Positions 19,745 to 28,874 of a stretch of DNA of 64,000 bases are shown piece after piece. The stretch covers positions 224,001 through 288,000 of the forward strand of contig CBDCWI010000001.1 of the NCBI GenBank assembly GCA_965223325.1, in the 5' to 3' direction. This DNA is from Candidatus Multivoradales bacterium. Lineage in GTDB: Bacteria > Acidobacteriota > Thermoanaerobaculia > Multivoradales > Multivoraceae. Position 1 is the first letter of the stretch, and each line of letters starts with the position of its first letter. Under the pieces are notes generated by a model that searched no databases, was not told where the DNA came from, and was given only the letters and a program-made list of their open reading frames with translations. A program made the position numbers and the translations under genes.

Positions 19745-21078
19745 TGAACCGTTCGACCATGAATCTCTTATGGCTCTCCTCCCTGGTTGTCGGCGTGCTG
19801 CTCGCGCCGGCGGCGATGGCCGACACGATCGTGATCAAGGGTGCCACCGTGCACTCGATGGCCGGCGAACCGGCCGTCGCCGACGTGGTCATCACCGACG
19901 GACGCATCGAGAGCGTCGCCACGAACGTCTCCGCCCCGGCGGGAGCGACGGTCATCGATGCCGAAGGCAAGCACGTTTATCCGGGCATCATCGATGCCTG
20001 GAGCCAGATCGGGCTGATCGAGATCAACTCGATCGCGGCCACCGTCGATGCCGCCGAAATGGGTCGCTTCAACTCGCACCTGGTCGCCGCCGCTGCGGTC
20101 CATCCGTCGAGTGAGCTCATCCCGGTGGCACGTGCCAACGGGGTTCTGGCAGCGGTCGTCGCACCGCAAACGAGCGGCGACTCGATCGTTGCCGGTCAAT
20201 CGAGCTTCATACACCTCGACGGTTGGACGGTCGAGGAGATGGCGGTTAAACAGCGCATGGCCCTGGCGATTCGCTGGCCAGGAATCGTCACCCGCAGTTT
20301 CGACTTCTCCACCTTCAGCATGAAGGAATCGTCGTGGAACGACGCCAAGAAGAAGGCCCACGAACAGCAGAACGACCTGCGCGACTGGTTCGACGCAGCG
20401 CGCCACTACAAACAGGCCTTCGACACGGGCTCGGGCCGCACGTCCCGCGACCTGCAGCTCGAGGGGTTCGTGGCGGCGCTCGACGGCGAACTGCCGGTCG
20501 TCTTGGCAGCCAACGAGAGTGGGGACATCGAAGCGGCGCTCGATTTCGCCGCCGAGTACGACCTCGAGCCGATCATCGCCGGCGGGCGTGACGCCTGGAA
20601 GGTCAAGGAAAGGCTCGCGGAAGAAGGCGTGCCGGTCATCCTGGGCCTCACGCACGACACGCCCGACCAGGACGACGACCCCTACGACCGTCCCTTCCGG
20701 ACCGCTGGGGAGCTCTACGAAGCCGGGGTCACCATCGCCTTCGCCACCGGTGCCGGCGGCGGGCGCGGACCGGGTGGTCCACACCTCGCACGCACCCTTC
20801 CCTACGAGGCGGCCGCAGCAGTCGGCTATGGCCTTCCACCCGAAGCAGCCCTCGCCGCTCTCACCATCGGCCCCGCCCGGGTGTTTGGCATCGACGACCA
20901 GATCGGCACCATCGAAGCCGGCAAGATCGCCAACCTGATGATCACCGATGGCAACCCCCTCGAGATCACGACCACGGTCGAGGGCGTGGTCATCGCGGGT
21001 CGCCAGGTGTCCCTCGAGAACCGGCACCAGCGCCTGTACGAAAAGCACGCTTCGCGGCCCCTGCCCGGATCAGACTGA
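19744..21078 (+). CDS. Secreted amidohydrolase-family protein, probably non-catalytic partner
   Basis: TGATG coupling to the upstream gene; signal peptide; PGIIDAWSQ (no HxH); GTIEAGKIAN. Confidence 0.88.
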   Translation: MNRSTMNLLWLSSLVVGVLLAPAAMADTIVIKGATVHSMAGEPAVADVVITDGRIESVATNVSAPAGATVIDAEGKHVYPGIIDAWSQIGLIEINSIAATVDAAEMGRFNSHLVAAAAVHPSSELIPVARANGVLAAVVAPQTSGDSIVAGQSSFIHLDGWTVEEMAVKQRMALAIRWPGIVTRSFDFSTFSMKESSWNDAKKKAHEQQNDLRDWFDAARHYKQAFDTGSGRTSRDLQLEGFVAALDGELPVVLAANESGDIEAALDFAAEYDLEPIIAGGRDAWKVKERLAEEGVPVILGLTHDTPDQDDDPYDRPFRTAGELYEAGVTIAFATGAGGGRGPGGPHLARTLPYEAAAAVGYGLPPEAALAALTIGPARVFGIDDQIGTIEAGKIANLMITDGNPLEITTTVEGVVIAGRQVSLENRHQRLYEKHASRPLPGSD

Positions 21079-21099
21079 ATCAACCCCCTGGCAGCGAAC

Positions 21100-21144
21100 A
21101 AGAAAGGCCGCATCGAGCACAAGCTCGCGTGCGGCCTTTTCTTT
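21100..21144. terminator. Bidirectional intrinsic terminator between convergent amidohydrolase and rpsN genes
   Basis: AAGAAAGGCCGCA-TCGAGC-ACAA-GCTCG-CG-TGCGGCCTTTTCTTT: long stem with A-rich and T-rich flanks. Confidence 0.8.
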
Positions 21145-21179
21145 GGGGCCCTTTTCTTTGGGGCCCTTTTCTTTGGGGC
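21135..21179. repeat. 15-bp tandem repeat x3 (CCTTTTCTTTGGGGC)
   Basis: Three exact copies at 21135, 21150 and 21165. Confidence 0.95.
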
Positions 21180-21202
21180 TCTGAGACCCGAGGACGGGAG
21201 AA

Positions 21203-21508
21203 CTACCAGGAGGCCTTGGTGACTCCGGGGAGCTCTCCCGAACGCGCCAGGTCGCGCAGGGCGATGCGCGACAGCCCGAAACGACGGTAGTACCCGCGCG
21301 GGCGACCGCTCAGCGCACAGCGATTGCGAATGCGGATGGGGCTCGAGTCGCGCGGCAGCTTCTGGAGCGCGATCATGGTCGCCATCTTCTCGTCGTCTGA
21401 GAGGTTCGGGTCCTTCATCTTGCGACGAAGCTCGTCCCGCTTCTCTTTATAGACCGCCACCAGCCGAATGCGTTCTTTGTTCTTGGCGATTGAACTCAAC
21501 TTGGCCAT
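21203..21508 (-). CDS. rpsN: 30S ribosomal protein S14, long Zn-independent form (101 aa)
   Basis: [10 protein letters not shown]...[35 protein letters not shown]...PGVTKASW. Confidence 0.97.
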   Translation of the reverse strand: MAKLSSIAKNKERIRLVAVYKEKRDELRRKMKDPNLSDDEKMATMIALQKLPRDSSPIRIRNRCALSGRPRGYYRRFGLSRIALRDLARSGELPGVTKASW

Positions 21509-21521
21509 TTCTTCTTCTCGC

Positions 21522-21776
21522 TCAGTTCTTGGAGTCGGACTTTTTGTATTTGCGCTGGAACTTCTCGATCCGGCCGGCGGTATCGACAAAGTGCTGGCGA
21601 CCGGTGTAGAAGGGGTGCGAAGCCGAGGAGATTTCGAGACGGATCTCGTAGTGCTCCACGCCATCGATCACTCGCGTGTGTTCACTGGTCATGGTCGAGC
21701 GCGAAATGAGCTCGAAGTCCGCACCGGCGTCGACATAGACGACCGGGTGCAACTCGGGATGAATGTCTTTCTTCAT
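21522..21776 (-). CDS. rpmE2: 50S ribosomal protein L31 type B (Zn-independent)
   Basis: MKKDIHP...[12 protein letters not shown]...DTAGRIEKF; 84 aa, no Cys. Confidence 0.96.
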   Translation of the reverse strand: MKKDIHPELHPVVYVDAGADFELISRSTMTSEHTRVIDGVEHYEIRLEISSASHPFYTGRQHFVDTAGRIEKFQRKYKKSDSKN

Positions 21777-21964
21777 GATGGTTCTCGCTGCGCTCCGGCC
21801 GTCATGGAGACGGTGGGCGCGACCTGGCTCCGCCGAGGGGTAACCCTGGGATCAAACGATGGTCGGAAGGCCTTGGGACTCGCCGCCTTCCGGCTGATGT
21901 TCCTGCTGCCGTGGCCATCGCGAACGGCCACCGATCACACACTGAAATGTGCACAGGAACGCGG

Positions 21965-21973
21965 AATATAGCA
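21965..21973 (-). promoter_or_regulatory. Putative extended -10 promoter for rpmE2-rpsN
   Basis: Minus strand TGcTATATT about 190 nt upstream of the rpmE2 start. Confidence 0.45.
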
Positions 21974-22139
21974 CGGTCAGGCCCGCCGGGCCCAGAAACC
22001 CTCCCGGCCGGACTCCGCTTTGGGCCCTGCGGGCGCTTCATCCCGGGACCATCCCGCGTGGTAGCTTGCGGCGCAATATCCCACATTCTGAACCCTCAGT
22101 GATTGACATCCGGCCCGGCCGGCCCCTTCGGAGACCCTC

Positions 22140-25100
22140 ATGCGACCCGATTCTTCTCCCTCCCCCACTCGCCGCCCTTCCTCTTGCCCGCTGGGATCAG
22201 CCCTTCTGCTCCTCGCGGCCCTGGCCCTGGTGGCGAGCGGCAGCCTGGTGGCCCAGGGCAGCGCGCACGACTACCAGCCCGATGAAAGCAACCAGACGAT
22301 CGACCCCGAGATCCTCGAGGGGCTCGAGTTCCGCTTCTCGGGCTTTTCCCGCGGCGGGCGCTCGACGGCAGTGGCCGGGGTGCCTGGCCAGCCCATGGTC
22401 TACTACTTCGGCGGCACCGGCGGCGGCGTCTGGAAGACCACCAACGCCGGCAACACCTGGGAGAACATCTCCGACGGATCGTTCGGCGTCGGCTCGGTAG
22501 GGGCAATCGCCGTCGCGCCTTCTGACCCCAATGTGGTCTACGTCGGAACCGGCTCGGCCTGCCCGCGCGGCAACATCTCGAACGGCGACGGCATGTACCG
22601 CTCGCTCGACGCCGGTGCCACCTGGACCCACATCGGTCTCGAGGCCGCCGGTCAGATCGGGCGCATTGCCGTGCATCCGAAAGACGCAGACCTGCTCTAC
22701 GCTGCGGTTCTCGGCAATCTCTTCGGGCCCAACGAGGAGCGCGGCGTCTACCGGTCGAAGGACGGCGGTGCGACCTGGGAGAACGTCAACTTCATCTCGG
22801 CACACACCGGCTTTGTCGACCTGGCGATGGACGCCACGAACCCGCGCATCATCTACGCCGCCGCCTGGCGGGCCGACCGCAAGCCCTGGGGGCTGACCTC
22901 GGGAAGCGAAGAGGGTGGCCTGTGGAAGACCACCGACGGCGGTGACACCTGGGAACAGCTGACTGGCGGTCTGCCGGAAGGCCTGGTGGGCCGAATCGGG
23001 GTGACCGTTTCGCCGGCCCGGCCGGAGCGCGCCTGGGCGTTGATCGAGGCCCCCGGGGACAAGGGCGGCGTCTACCGCACCGACGATGGCGGCAAGACCT
23101 GGAAGCAGATCAACACCGACGCCAAGCTCAAGCAGCGCCCCTGGTACTACTCGCACATCTACGCCGACCCGCACAACGCCGACATGGTCTATGCCTTGAA
23201 CACCGGCTTCTACCGCTCGATCGACGGCGGGCGCAGCTTCCCAGAACAGATTCGGGTGCCGCACGGAGACAACCACGACCTGTGGATCAACCCCAACGAT
23301 CCCACCAACATGATCAACGCCAATGACGGCGGCGCCAACGTTTCGTTCGATAGCGGTGGGTCCTGGAGCTGGCAGATGAACCAGCCCACCGCCGAGATGT
23401 ACCGGGTGTTCGTCGACGACCACTGGCCCTACCGGATCTACGGCCCGCAGCAGGACAACAGCACGATCCGCATCCCGAGCCAGGGCCGCGTCGCCTGGAA
23501 CCGCCAGCCGCCCGACTGGAAGTCGGTCGGCGGCTGCGAGAGCGGCCATATTGGAATCGACCCGCGCGACAACGACGTCGTCTATGCCGGCTGCTACGGC
23601 GGCTCGATCAGTCGCGTCGATCTCGAGACCGGCGACTACCGCCAGATCATTACCTACCCGCAGCTGCAGCTCGGGGCGGCGCCGCGCGATCTCAAGTATC
23701 GCTTCCAGTGGAACGCTCCGATTTCGATCTCACCGCACGACCCGGACGTGATCTACCACACATCGCAGGTGGTTCATCGTTCGAACGACAAGGGTCAGTC
23801 CTGGAGCGTCATCTCACCCGATCTCACCACCGACAACGAGGAGCAGCAGGACTACACCGGTGGCCCAATCTCGCACGACTCGACCGGCGTCGAGGTCTAC
23901 AACACCATCTTCGAGTTCGTCGAGTCGCCGGCACGGGCCGGAGAGATGTGGAGCGGCTCGGACGACGGTCTGATTCACGTTTCACGCGATGGCGGCGAAA
24001 CCTGGGATGACGTGACCCCAGCGGGCATGCCCGAGGGCGGCACGGTCAACATGATCGACATCTCACCGCACGACCCGGATCGCCTGCACACCGCGGTCTA
24101 CCGCTACCGCGAGAACGACTTCCGTCCCTACATCTTCCAGAGCAACGACAGCGGCACGAGCTGGACGCTCCTCACCACCGGCAGGAACGGCATCCCTGAA
24201 ACCAACTTCACCCGCTCAGTCGTCGAGGACCCGGTGCGTCGTGGGCTGCTCTACGCCGGCACCGAGTACGGCCTCTACGTGTCGTTTGACGACGGCGCGC
24301 ACTGGCAGCGGTTCCAGGGTGAGAACCTCCCGGTCACTCCGATCACCGACATGGTCATTCATCGCAACGACCTGGTGATGTCGACCCAGGGGCGCTCCTT
24401 CTGGATCTTCGATGACCTCTCCCCCATCCAGCAACTGACCGCCGAAGTCGCCAACAAAGACATGCACCTGTTCGCCCCGCGTACCGCCTACCGGGGCGGC
24501 AACGGTGCTGAGATTCGCTTCTGGTCAAAGGCCGAGCCCGCAGAAGCGGTGCGAATCGAGATCCTCGACGGAGCCGACGTGGTCTACGAAACAGAATGGA
24601 AGCCTGGCAAGGATGGCGCCGGCGACGACGGCCCCGGCGGTGGCGGCTTCTTCGGCTTCGGGCCGGCAAAGCTCGAGGTCGCCCTTGGCCTCAACTCGTT
24701 CAATTGGAACCTACGCGGTGAGGCACCGAAGGCCCCCGAAGGCGTCGTGCACTGGGGCTTTACCCCTGGCATCGCCGCGGTGCCTGGCACCTACACCGTG
24801 CGCATGACGTCGGGCGAATGGTCCGAAGAGCAGCCACTCGAGATCAAGGGCTGGCCGACGGTTTCCACGAGCCAGGCGGAATACGACGCGCAGCGCGAGA
24901 TGAGTCTCCAGATCGCTGACCGCCTCGAAAGCATCTACGACGCCATCAACAAGATCCGCTCGATCAAGGGTCAAGTCAAAGCCGCCAGCGAGCGCCTCGA
25001 GAAGGCCGGCATCGAGGACGAGGACCTCACCGAGCAGGCCAAGGCGCTCGACGAAGCGCTCTCAGCCGTCCTGGGCAAGCTCACCCAGGTCAAGAGCAAG

Positions 25101-25358
25101 TCGGGCCAAGACCCCCTCAACTTCCCACCAATGATCGACAACCAGTACGTCGAGCTCTACGCCTACGTGGTCGCCAGCGAGTACCAGCCCCCGGCCGGGG
25201 CACAGCAAAGGCTCGACGACTTGCAGCCCGAGTTCGACGCCTTGATGGCCGAGTACGGCGAGTCCCTAGAAGGCGTCGAAGCCTTCAACCAGGCAGTCGC
25301 CGCCAAGAACGTGCCAGCGATCGTCGTCGACGAAGCCGAGAAGGGCGACGACGACTGA
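22140..25358 (+). CDS. Secreted VPS10/sortilin-like BNR (Asp-box) repeat glycosyl-hydrolase-like protein
   Basis: Signal peptide; many S/T-x-D-G-G-x-T-W Asp boxes; GGVWKT, PHGDNHDLWINP, LLYAGTEYG; C-terminal helical region. Confidence 0.9.
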   Translation: MRPDSSPSPTRRPSSCPLGSALLLLAALALVASGSLVAQGSAHDYQPDESNQTIDPEILEGLEFRFSGFSRGGRSTAVAGVPGQPMVYYFGGTGGGVWKTTNAGNTWENISDGSFGVGSVGAIAVAPSDPNVVYVGTGSACPRGNISNGDGMYRSLDAGATWTHIGLEAAGQIGRIAVHPKDADLLYAAVLGNLFGPNEERGVYRSKDGGATWENVNFISAHTGFVDLAMDATNPRIIYAAAWRADRKPWGLTSGSEEGGLWKTTDGGDTWEQLTGGLPEGLVGRIGVTVSPARPERAWALIEAPGDKGGVYRTDDGGKTWKQINTDAKLKQRPWYYSHIYADPHNADMVYALNTGFYRSIDGGRSFPEQIRVPHGDNHDLWINPNDPTNMINANDGGANVSFDSGGSWSWQMNQPTAEMYRVFVDDHWPYRIYGPQQDNSTIRIPSQGRVAWNRQPPDWKSVGGCESGHIGIDPRDNDVVYAGCYGGSISRVDLETGDYRQIITYPQLQLGAAPRDLKYRFQWNAPISISPHDPDVIYHTSQVVHRSNDKGQSWSVISPDLTTDNEEQQDYTGGPISHDSTGVEVYNTIFEFVESPARAGEMWSGSDDGLIHVSRDGGETWDDVTPAGMPEGGTVNMIDISPHDPDRLHTAVYRYRENDFRPYIFQSNDSGTSWTLLTTGRNGIPETNFTRSVVEDPVRRGLLYAGTEYGLYVSFDDGAHWQRFQGENLPVTPITDMVIHRNDLVMSTQGRSFWIFDDLSPIQQLTAEVANKDMHLFAPRTAYRGGNGAEIRFWSKAEPAEAVRIEILDGADVVYETEWKPGKDGAGDDGPGGGGFFGFGPAKLEVALGLNSFNWNLRGEAPKAPEGVVHWGFTPGIAAVPGTYTVRMTSGEWSEEQPLEIKGWPTVSTSQAEYDAQREMSLQIADRLESIYDAINKIRSIKGQVKAASERLEKAGIEDEDLTEQAKALDEALSAVLGKLTQVKSKSGQDPLNFPPMIDNQYVELYAYVVASEYQPPAGAQQRLDDLQPEFDALMAEYGESLEGVEAFNQAVAAKNVPAIVVDEAEKGDDD

Positions 25359-25360
25359 GG

Positions 25361-25378
25361 AAAGGCGCCGAGGCGCCT
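25361..25378 (-). terminator. Possible short terminator between convergent genes
   Basis: AGGCGC-CGAG-GCGCCT hairpin followed by a short T run on the minus strand. Confidence 0.3.
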
Positions 25379-25389
25379 GAGCGGGTGCG

Positions 25390-26538
25390 CTACGAACGAC
25401 TGAGCTGGGTCTCCACCAGAGTCGCCCAGTAGCGCCCCCCCAACGCCAGGATCTCGTCGTTGAAGTCGTAGAGCGGCGTATGCAGCCCCGCGCTGTCGCC
25501 GTTGCCGATCATGATGAAGGCACCGGGTCGCTGCTGGAGCATGAACGAGAAGTCTTCCGAGCCCATGATCGGTGCGGCGTCGGTGTTGACGTTCTTTCCC
25601 ACTTCCCGCGCCGCGTCGGCCGCCTCATGCACTTCTTTTTCGGTGTTGACCGTCGCCGGGTAGTAGTGCTTGTAGTCGAGGGTATAGGTGGCGCCGTGAG
25701 CTCGGGTGATGCCGTCGAGGATCTCACCCATGCGCCGCTCGACGAGCGCCTGGACCGGCTCCCGGAACGTGCGCACACAGCCGCCGCACACCACCTCGGC
25801 CGGAATCACGTTGTCGGCATGCCCAGCGTGGAACTGAGTGATCGACAAAACGGCACTGTCGAGGGGATCGATCGAGCGCGCCACGATCGACTGCAAGGCA
25901 ATCAGCGCCTCGGCGGCCACCAGCACAATGTCGACCGCTCCGTGTGGAAATGCTGCGTGGCCTCCGGGCCCGGCGATCGTGTACTCGACAACGTCGATCG
26001 CCGCCAACATCGGCCCGCTCCGCAGGGCGAAGTCTCCCACCGGCAACTTCGGCATGTTGTGCATACCAAAGACCCGCTCGGCCGGAAACTTCTCGAACAG
26101 ACCGCCTTCGATCATCGCCCGCGCACCGCCGTCCTTCTCTTCGGCAGGCTGGAAGATGAAGTAGACCGTGCCGTCGAAGTTCCTGGTCTCGGCCAGATAG
26201 CGCGCCGCGCCCAGAAGCATCGAGGTATGCCCGTCGTGCCCGCAGGCATGCATCACGCCCTCGTTCGTCGACGCATGTCCCAGTCCGGTCTCCTCGGTGA
26301 TCGGAAGCGCATCCATATCCGCCCGGAGGGCGATCTTGTTGTCCGAGTCTCCGACTGTGAGCGTCCCCACGACCCCAGTCACTCCCAGACCCCGATGCAC
26401 CTCGATTCCGAACGAAGTCAAGAGCTCAGCCACCTTCTTGGACGTCCGCACCTCTTCGAAGGCGAGCTCAGGGTGGGCATGGAAGTCGCGCCGCCAGGCG
26501 GTCATTTCAGCGGACAGGGTTTCGAAGAAATCAGCCAT
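25390..26538 (-). CDS. M20D amidohydrolase (hippurate hydrolase/aminoacylase-like)
   Basis: RRDFHAHPELAFEE, LRADMDALP, MHACGHDGH, FQPAEE, GSEDFS, LHTP.YDFND; start ATG 26538 with SD AGGAG. Confidence 0.95.
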   Translation of the reverse strand: MADFFETLSAEMTAWRRDFHAHPELAFEEVRTSKKVAELLTSFGIEVHRGLGVTGVVGTLTVGDSDNKIALRADMDALPITEETGLGHASTNEGVMHACGHDGHTSMLLGAARYLAETRNFDGTVYFIFQPAEEKDGGARAMIEGGLFEKFPAERVFGMHNMPKLPVGDFALRSGPMLAAIDVVEYTIAGPGGHAAFPHGAVDIVLVAAEALIALQSIVARSIDPLDSAVLSITQFHAGHADNVIPAEVVCGGCVRTFREPVQALVERRMGEILDGITRAHGATYTLDYKHYYPATVNTEKEVHEAADAAREVGKNVNTDAAPIMGSEDFSFMLQQRPGAFIMIGNGDSAGLHTPLYDFNDEILALGGRYWATLVETQLSRS

Positions 26539-26674
26539 TGTGGGGCTCCTGCAGTTCGATCGATCAAGGGATCTTTTCATGCCCCTCCGTAACAACGATC
26601 CCAGGATCCGGAACAGCCCTCTCGAGGCACCTCTTCCTCACCAGACATTCCGCTCACTCGCAAAGGAAACCTCC

Positions 26675-27148
26675 ATGACCGTCAACGTAAGCAACACCCC
26701 GATCGCAGTTCAGATCACAGCGCAACCCGACTCCTCTCCCATCCGCGACACAGGACTCGAGGGCATCTTCTCCGGCCGAGGTTGCTCTGTCGCCGAAGGC
26801 GGCTGCCACTACCCCGGCGACGTCTACGAGCCCGTTCGACGCCCCGGGCAACGGCCGATCGCGCGCCGCCAGGACTCAATCGCCCGGGTGCTGCAGACTC
26901 TCGTCGATCTCCTGCAGAAGCCCAACCAGGCCGGCGAGCAGCAGAACTCAATGATCGTTCGGCTCTTGCTGAGCCTGGTTGACCGAATTGAGCCCAGCAT
27001 CCGGATGCCGCCGGCGCCTGAACTCGAAGCGCTCACCCCGATCAGTGCCGGTCCGCTCACCTTCGCTCCCGAGCCTGGGACCGTTTCTGAACCGCCCCCG
27101 CCAGTGGCCGACCGCACCGACCCCGATGTCAGCCAGACCTACCGGTGA
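26675..27148 (+). CDS. Hypothetical Pro-rich protein (157 aa)
   Basis: SD AAAGGA before ATG 26675; fills the gap between two minus-strand genes; host-like codon usage. Confidence 0.6.
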   Translation: MTVNVSNTPIAVQITAQPDSSPIRDTGLEGIFSGRGCSVAEGGCHYPGDVYEPVRRPGQRPIARRQDSIARVLQTLVDLLQKPNQAGEQQNSMIVRLLLSLVDRIEPSIRMPPAPELEALTPISAGPLTFAPEPGTVSEPPPPVADRTDPDVSQTYR

Positions 27149-27173
27149 CCAGAACTCAACAATGACCGTGAAC

Positions 27174-28646
27174 TCAGCCGTCGACGAAGGACCGCACGCG
27201 GTCCTCGTCGTCGCGCTGGGTCAAAAGGCTCACGAGGACCAGCATCACGGTGTTGGCTAGAAGCCCCCAGATCCCTTCATGCATACCGGCAACCGGGGAG
27301 GCCTCGGGGCGCAGAAAGAAGAACGTGTTGACCACGAGCCCCGCGGTCAGCCCAGCGATTGCGCCGGCTTTCGTTGCCCTTCGCCAATAGAACGCTGCCA
27401 GGACCACCGGCATGATCTGGGCGACGCCGCCGTAGGCGGCCAGTAGGAGCTCGACCAGGCCGGTCTCACTCATCACGGCCAACCAGAAGGCTGAGGCCGC
27501 CAGCACGACCACGAACACCCGGATCCAGAAGCGCTGCCTGATGTCGTCGAGCCGCCCGGGAAAGGCCTGGACCAGCCCGTCGCGAACGCCGATTGACGCG
27601 GCGGCATGCAGAATCGAGTCGCCCGAAGACATCGACGCCGCCAGGGTACCCGCACACACCAGGCCAACGAGCAGGGGCGAGAACTCGGTGTTGGTGAGCA
27701 GGAACGGCAAGATGCGATCGGCCGGTTCGACCCCCGGATAGACCAGAACACCGGCGAAGCCGATGAACAGAATCGGCACCAGAAAGAGCTGAAACGTCGG
27801 GTACAGAACCACCGTCAGTTTGAGCGCCCGCTCAGAGCGCGCCGCGAAGGCGCGCATGAACGTGTGCGGCCAGACCACAAACCCGACCGCCGAGACCACG
27901 ATCGCCGAACCGAAGGCAGCCCAGGTCCAGCTGCTGCCGGCGCCGTCGAGCCCCGGCATGACCAGGAGCCCCGCCTGGTCGCTGGCGGCGATCGCCTCGA
28001 ACATCTCGCGCACGCCACCGTGTAGCTTGAACGGCAGCCACAGGCCGAGAAACCAAGCGATGATCATCATGAAGAGGCCCTGCAGGGTGTTCGTCCAGCC
28101 AACGCCCAGAACACCCGACACCAGGACATAGAACACCACCACGCCGTAGGTAACGCCGGCGCCGACCGCAAACGGAATGCGACCTTCGGAAAGCGTCTCG
28201 AGAATCAGACCGGCGCCCTTCATCTGGATGACCAGATAGGGAATGAAGACCGCCACAGAGAGGATCGACAGCACCACCGAGAGCCCACGACTGTCGAAAC
28301 GCCAGGCGAGCATCTCAGCCTGGGTGACGAAACCATGCCGGGCTCCCAGCCGCCGCGCGCGGGGGCCGAGAAAGTAGAACGGCATCATGCCGAGGACGCC
28401 ATAGCCGATGATGTAGAGCGCCGCTACGCCCCGTGAGTAGGCCCAACCGGGCCCGCCCAGGAAGGCGAACGACGAGAAGATCGACGCGCCGAGCACGAAG
28501 TACAAGACGAACGGGTTCATCGAGCGATCGGCGGCGACATAGCCGGTCACGCTGCTGGTGGTACTAAGAGCCGGAAGGACTCCCGCCACAAGCGTGATCA
28601 GGAGATAGACGGCACAAACGACGACCGCCACCATCCAGGTCTCCAC
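27174..28646 (-). CDS. Sodium:solute symporter (SSS; PanF/YodF-like)
   Basis: ASIFSSFAFLGGPGWAY, YLVIQMKG, GVGWTNTLQG, LAASMSSGDS; about 13 transmembrane helices. Confidence 0.92.
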   Translation of the reverse strand: METWMVAVVVCAVYLLITLVAGVLPALSTTSSVTGYVAADRSMNPFVLYFVLGASIFSSFAFLGGPGWAYSRGVAALYIIGYGVLGMMPFYFLGPRARRLGARHGFVTQAEMLAWRFDSRGLSVVLSILSVAVFIPYLVIQMKGAGLILETLSEGRIPFAVGAGVTYGVVVFYVLVSGVLGVGWTNTLQGLFMMIIAWFLGLWLPFKLHGGVREMFEAIAASDQAGLLVMPGLDGAGSSWTWAAFGSAIVVSAVGFVVWPHTFMRAFAARSERALKLTVVLYPTFQLFLVPILFIGFAGVLVYPGVEPADRILPFLLTNTEFSPLLVGLVCAGTLAASMSSGDSILHAAASIGVRDGLVQAFPGRLDDIRQRFWIRVFVVVLAASAFWLAVMSETGLVELLLAAYGGVAQIMPVVLAAFYWRRATKAGAIAGLTAGLVVNTFFFLRPEASPVAGMHEGIWGLLANTVMLVLVSLLTQRDDEDRVRSFVDG

Positions 28647-28874
28647 TCAGGACTCTCCCTCTGACGGCGAGTCGCCATGCGAAGAATCAACCAGAAAGAG
28701 AACCAGCACAGAGGTAAAGCCCAGCGCCAGCTGGGCGAGGACCCACAGGAACGGCTGCGGCAGACCAAGGGCGGCGAGCTCAGGCGCCCAGACGCGGGGC
28801 CAGGGGAGAATCAAGGCAAGGGCCATCGCGACATGAAGCGCGACGACCAGAGCAGCCAGGCGATGGCGCCTCAA
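28647..28874 (-). CDS. Small two-helix membrane partner of the SSS transporter (DUF3311/DUF997-like)
   Basis: P...LGLP.PFLW motif; abuts the SSS start and overlaps the CBS gene stop. Confidence 0.7.
   Translation of the reverse strand: MRRHRLAALVVALHVAMALALILPWPRVWAPELAALGLPQPFLWVLAQLALGFTSVLVLFLVDSSHGDSPSEGES

Noticed and set aside
21860-21990. SRP RNA-like words (CCGGAAGG, TCAGGCCCG)
   Set aside because: The fragments do not assemble into the conserved SRP domain IV motif.
22103-22108. Perfect TTGACA -35 hexamer before the VPS10-like gene
   Set aside because: No plausible -10 element at 16-18 bp spacing.
21777-22139. Zur box upstream of rpmE2 (also looked for upstream of rpmB)
   Set aside because: No AT-rich palindrome resembling known Zur consensus sequences was visible.
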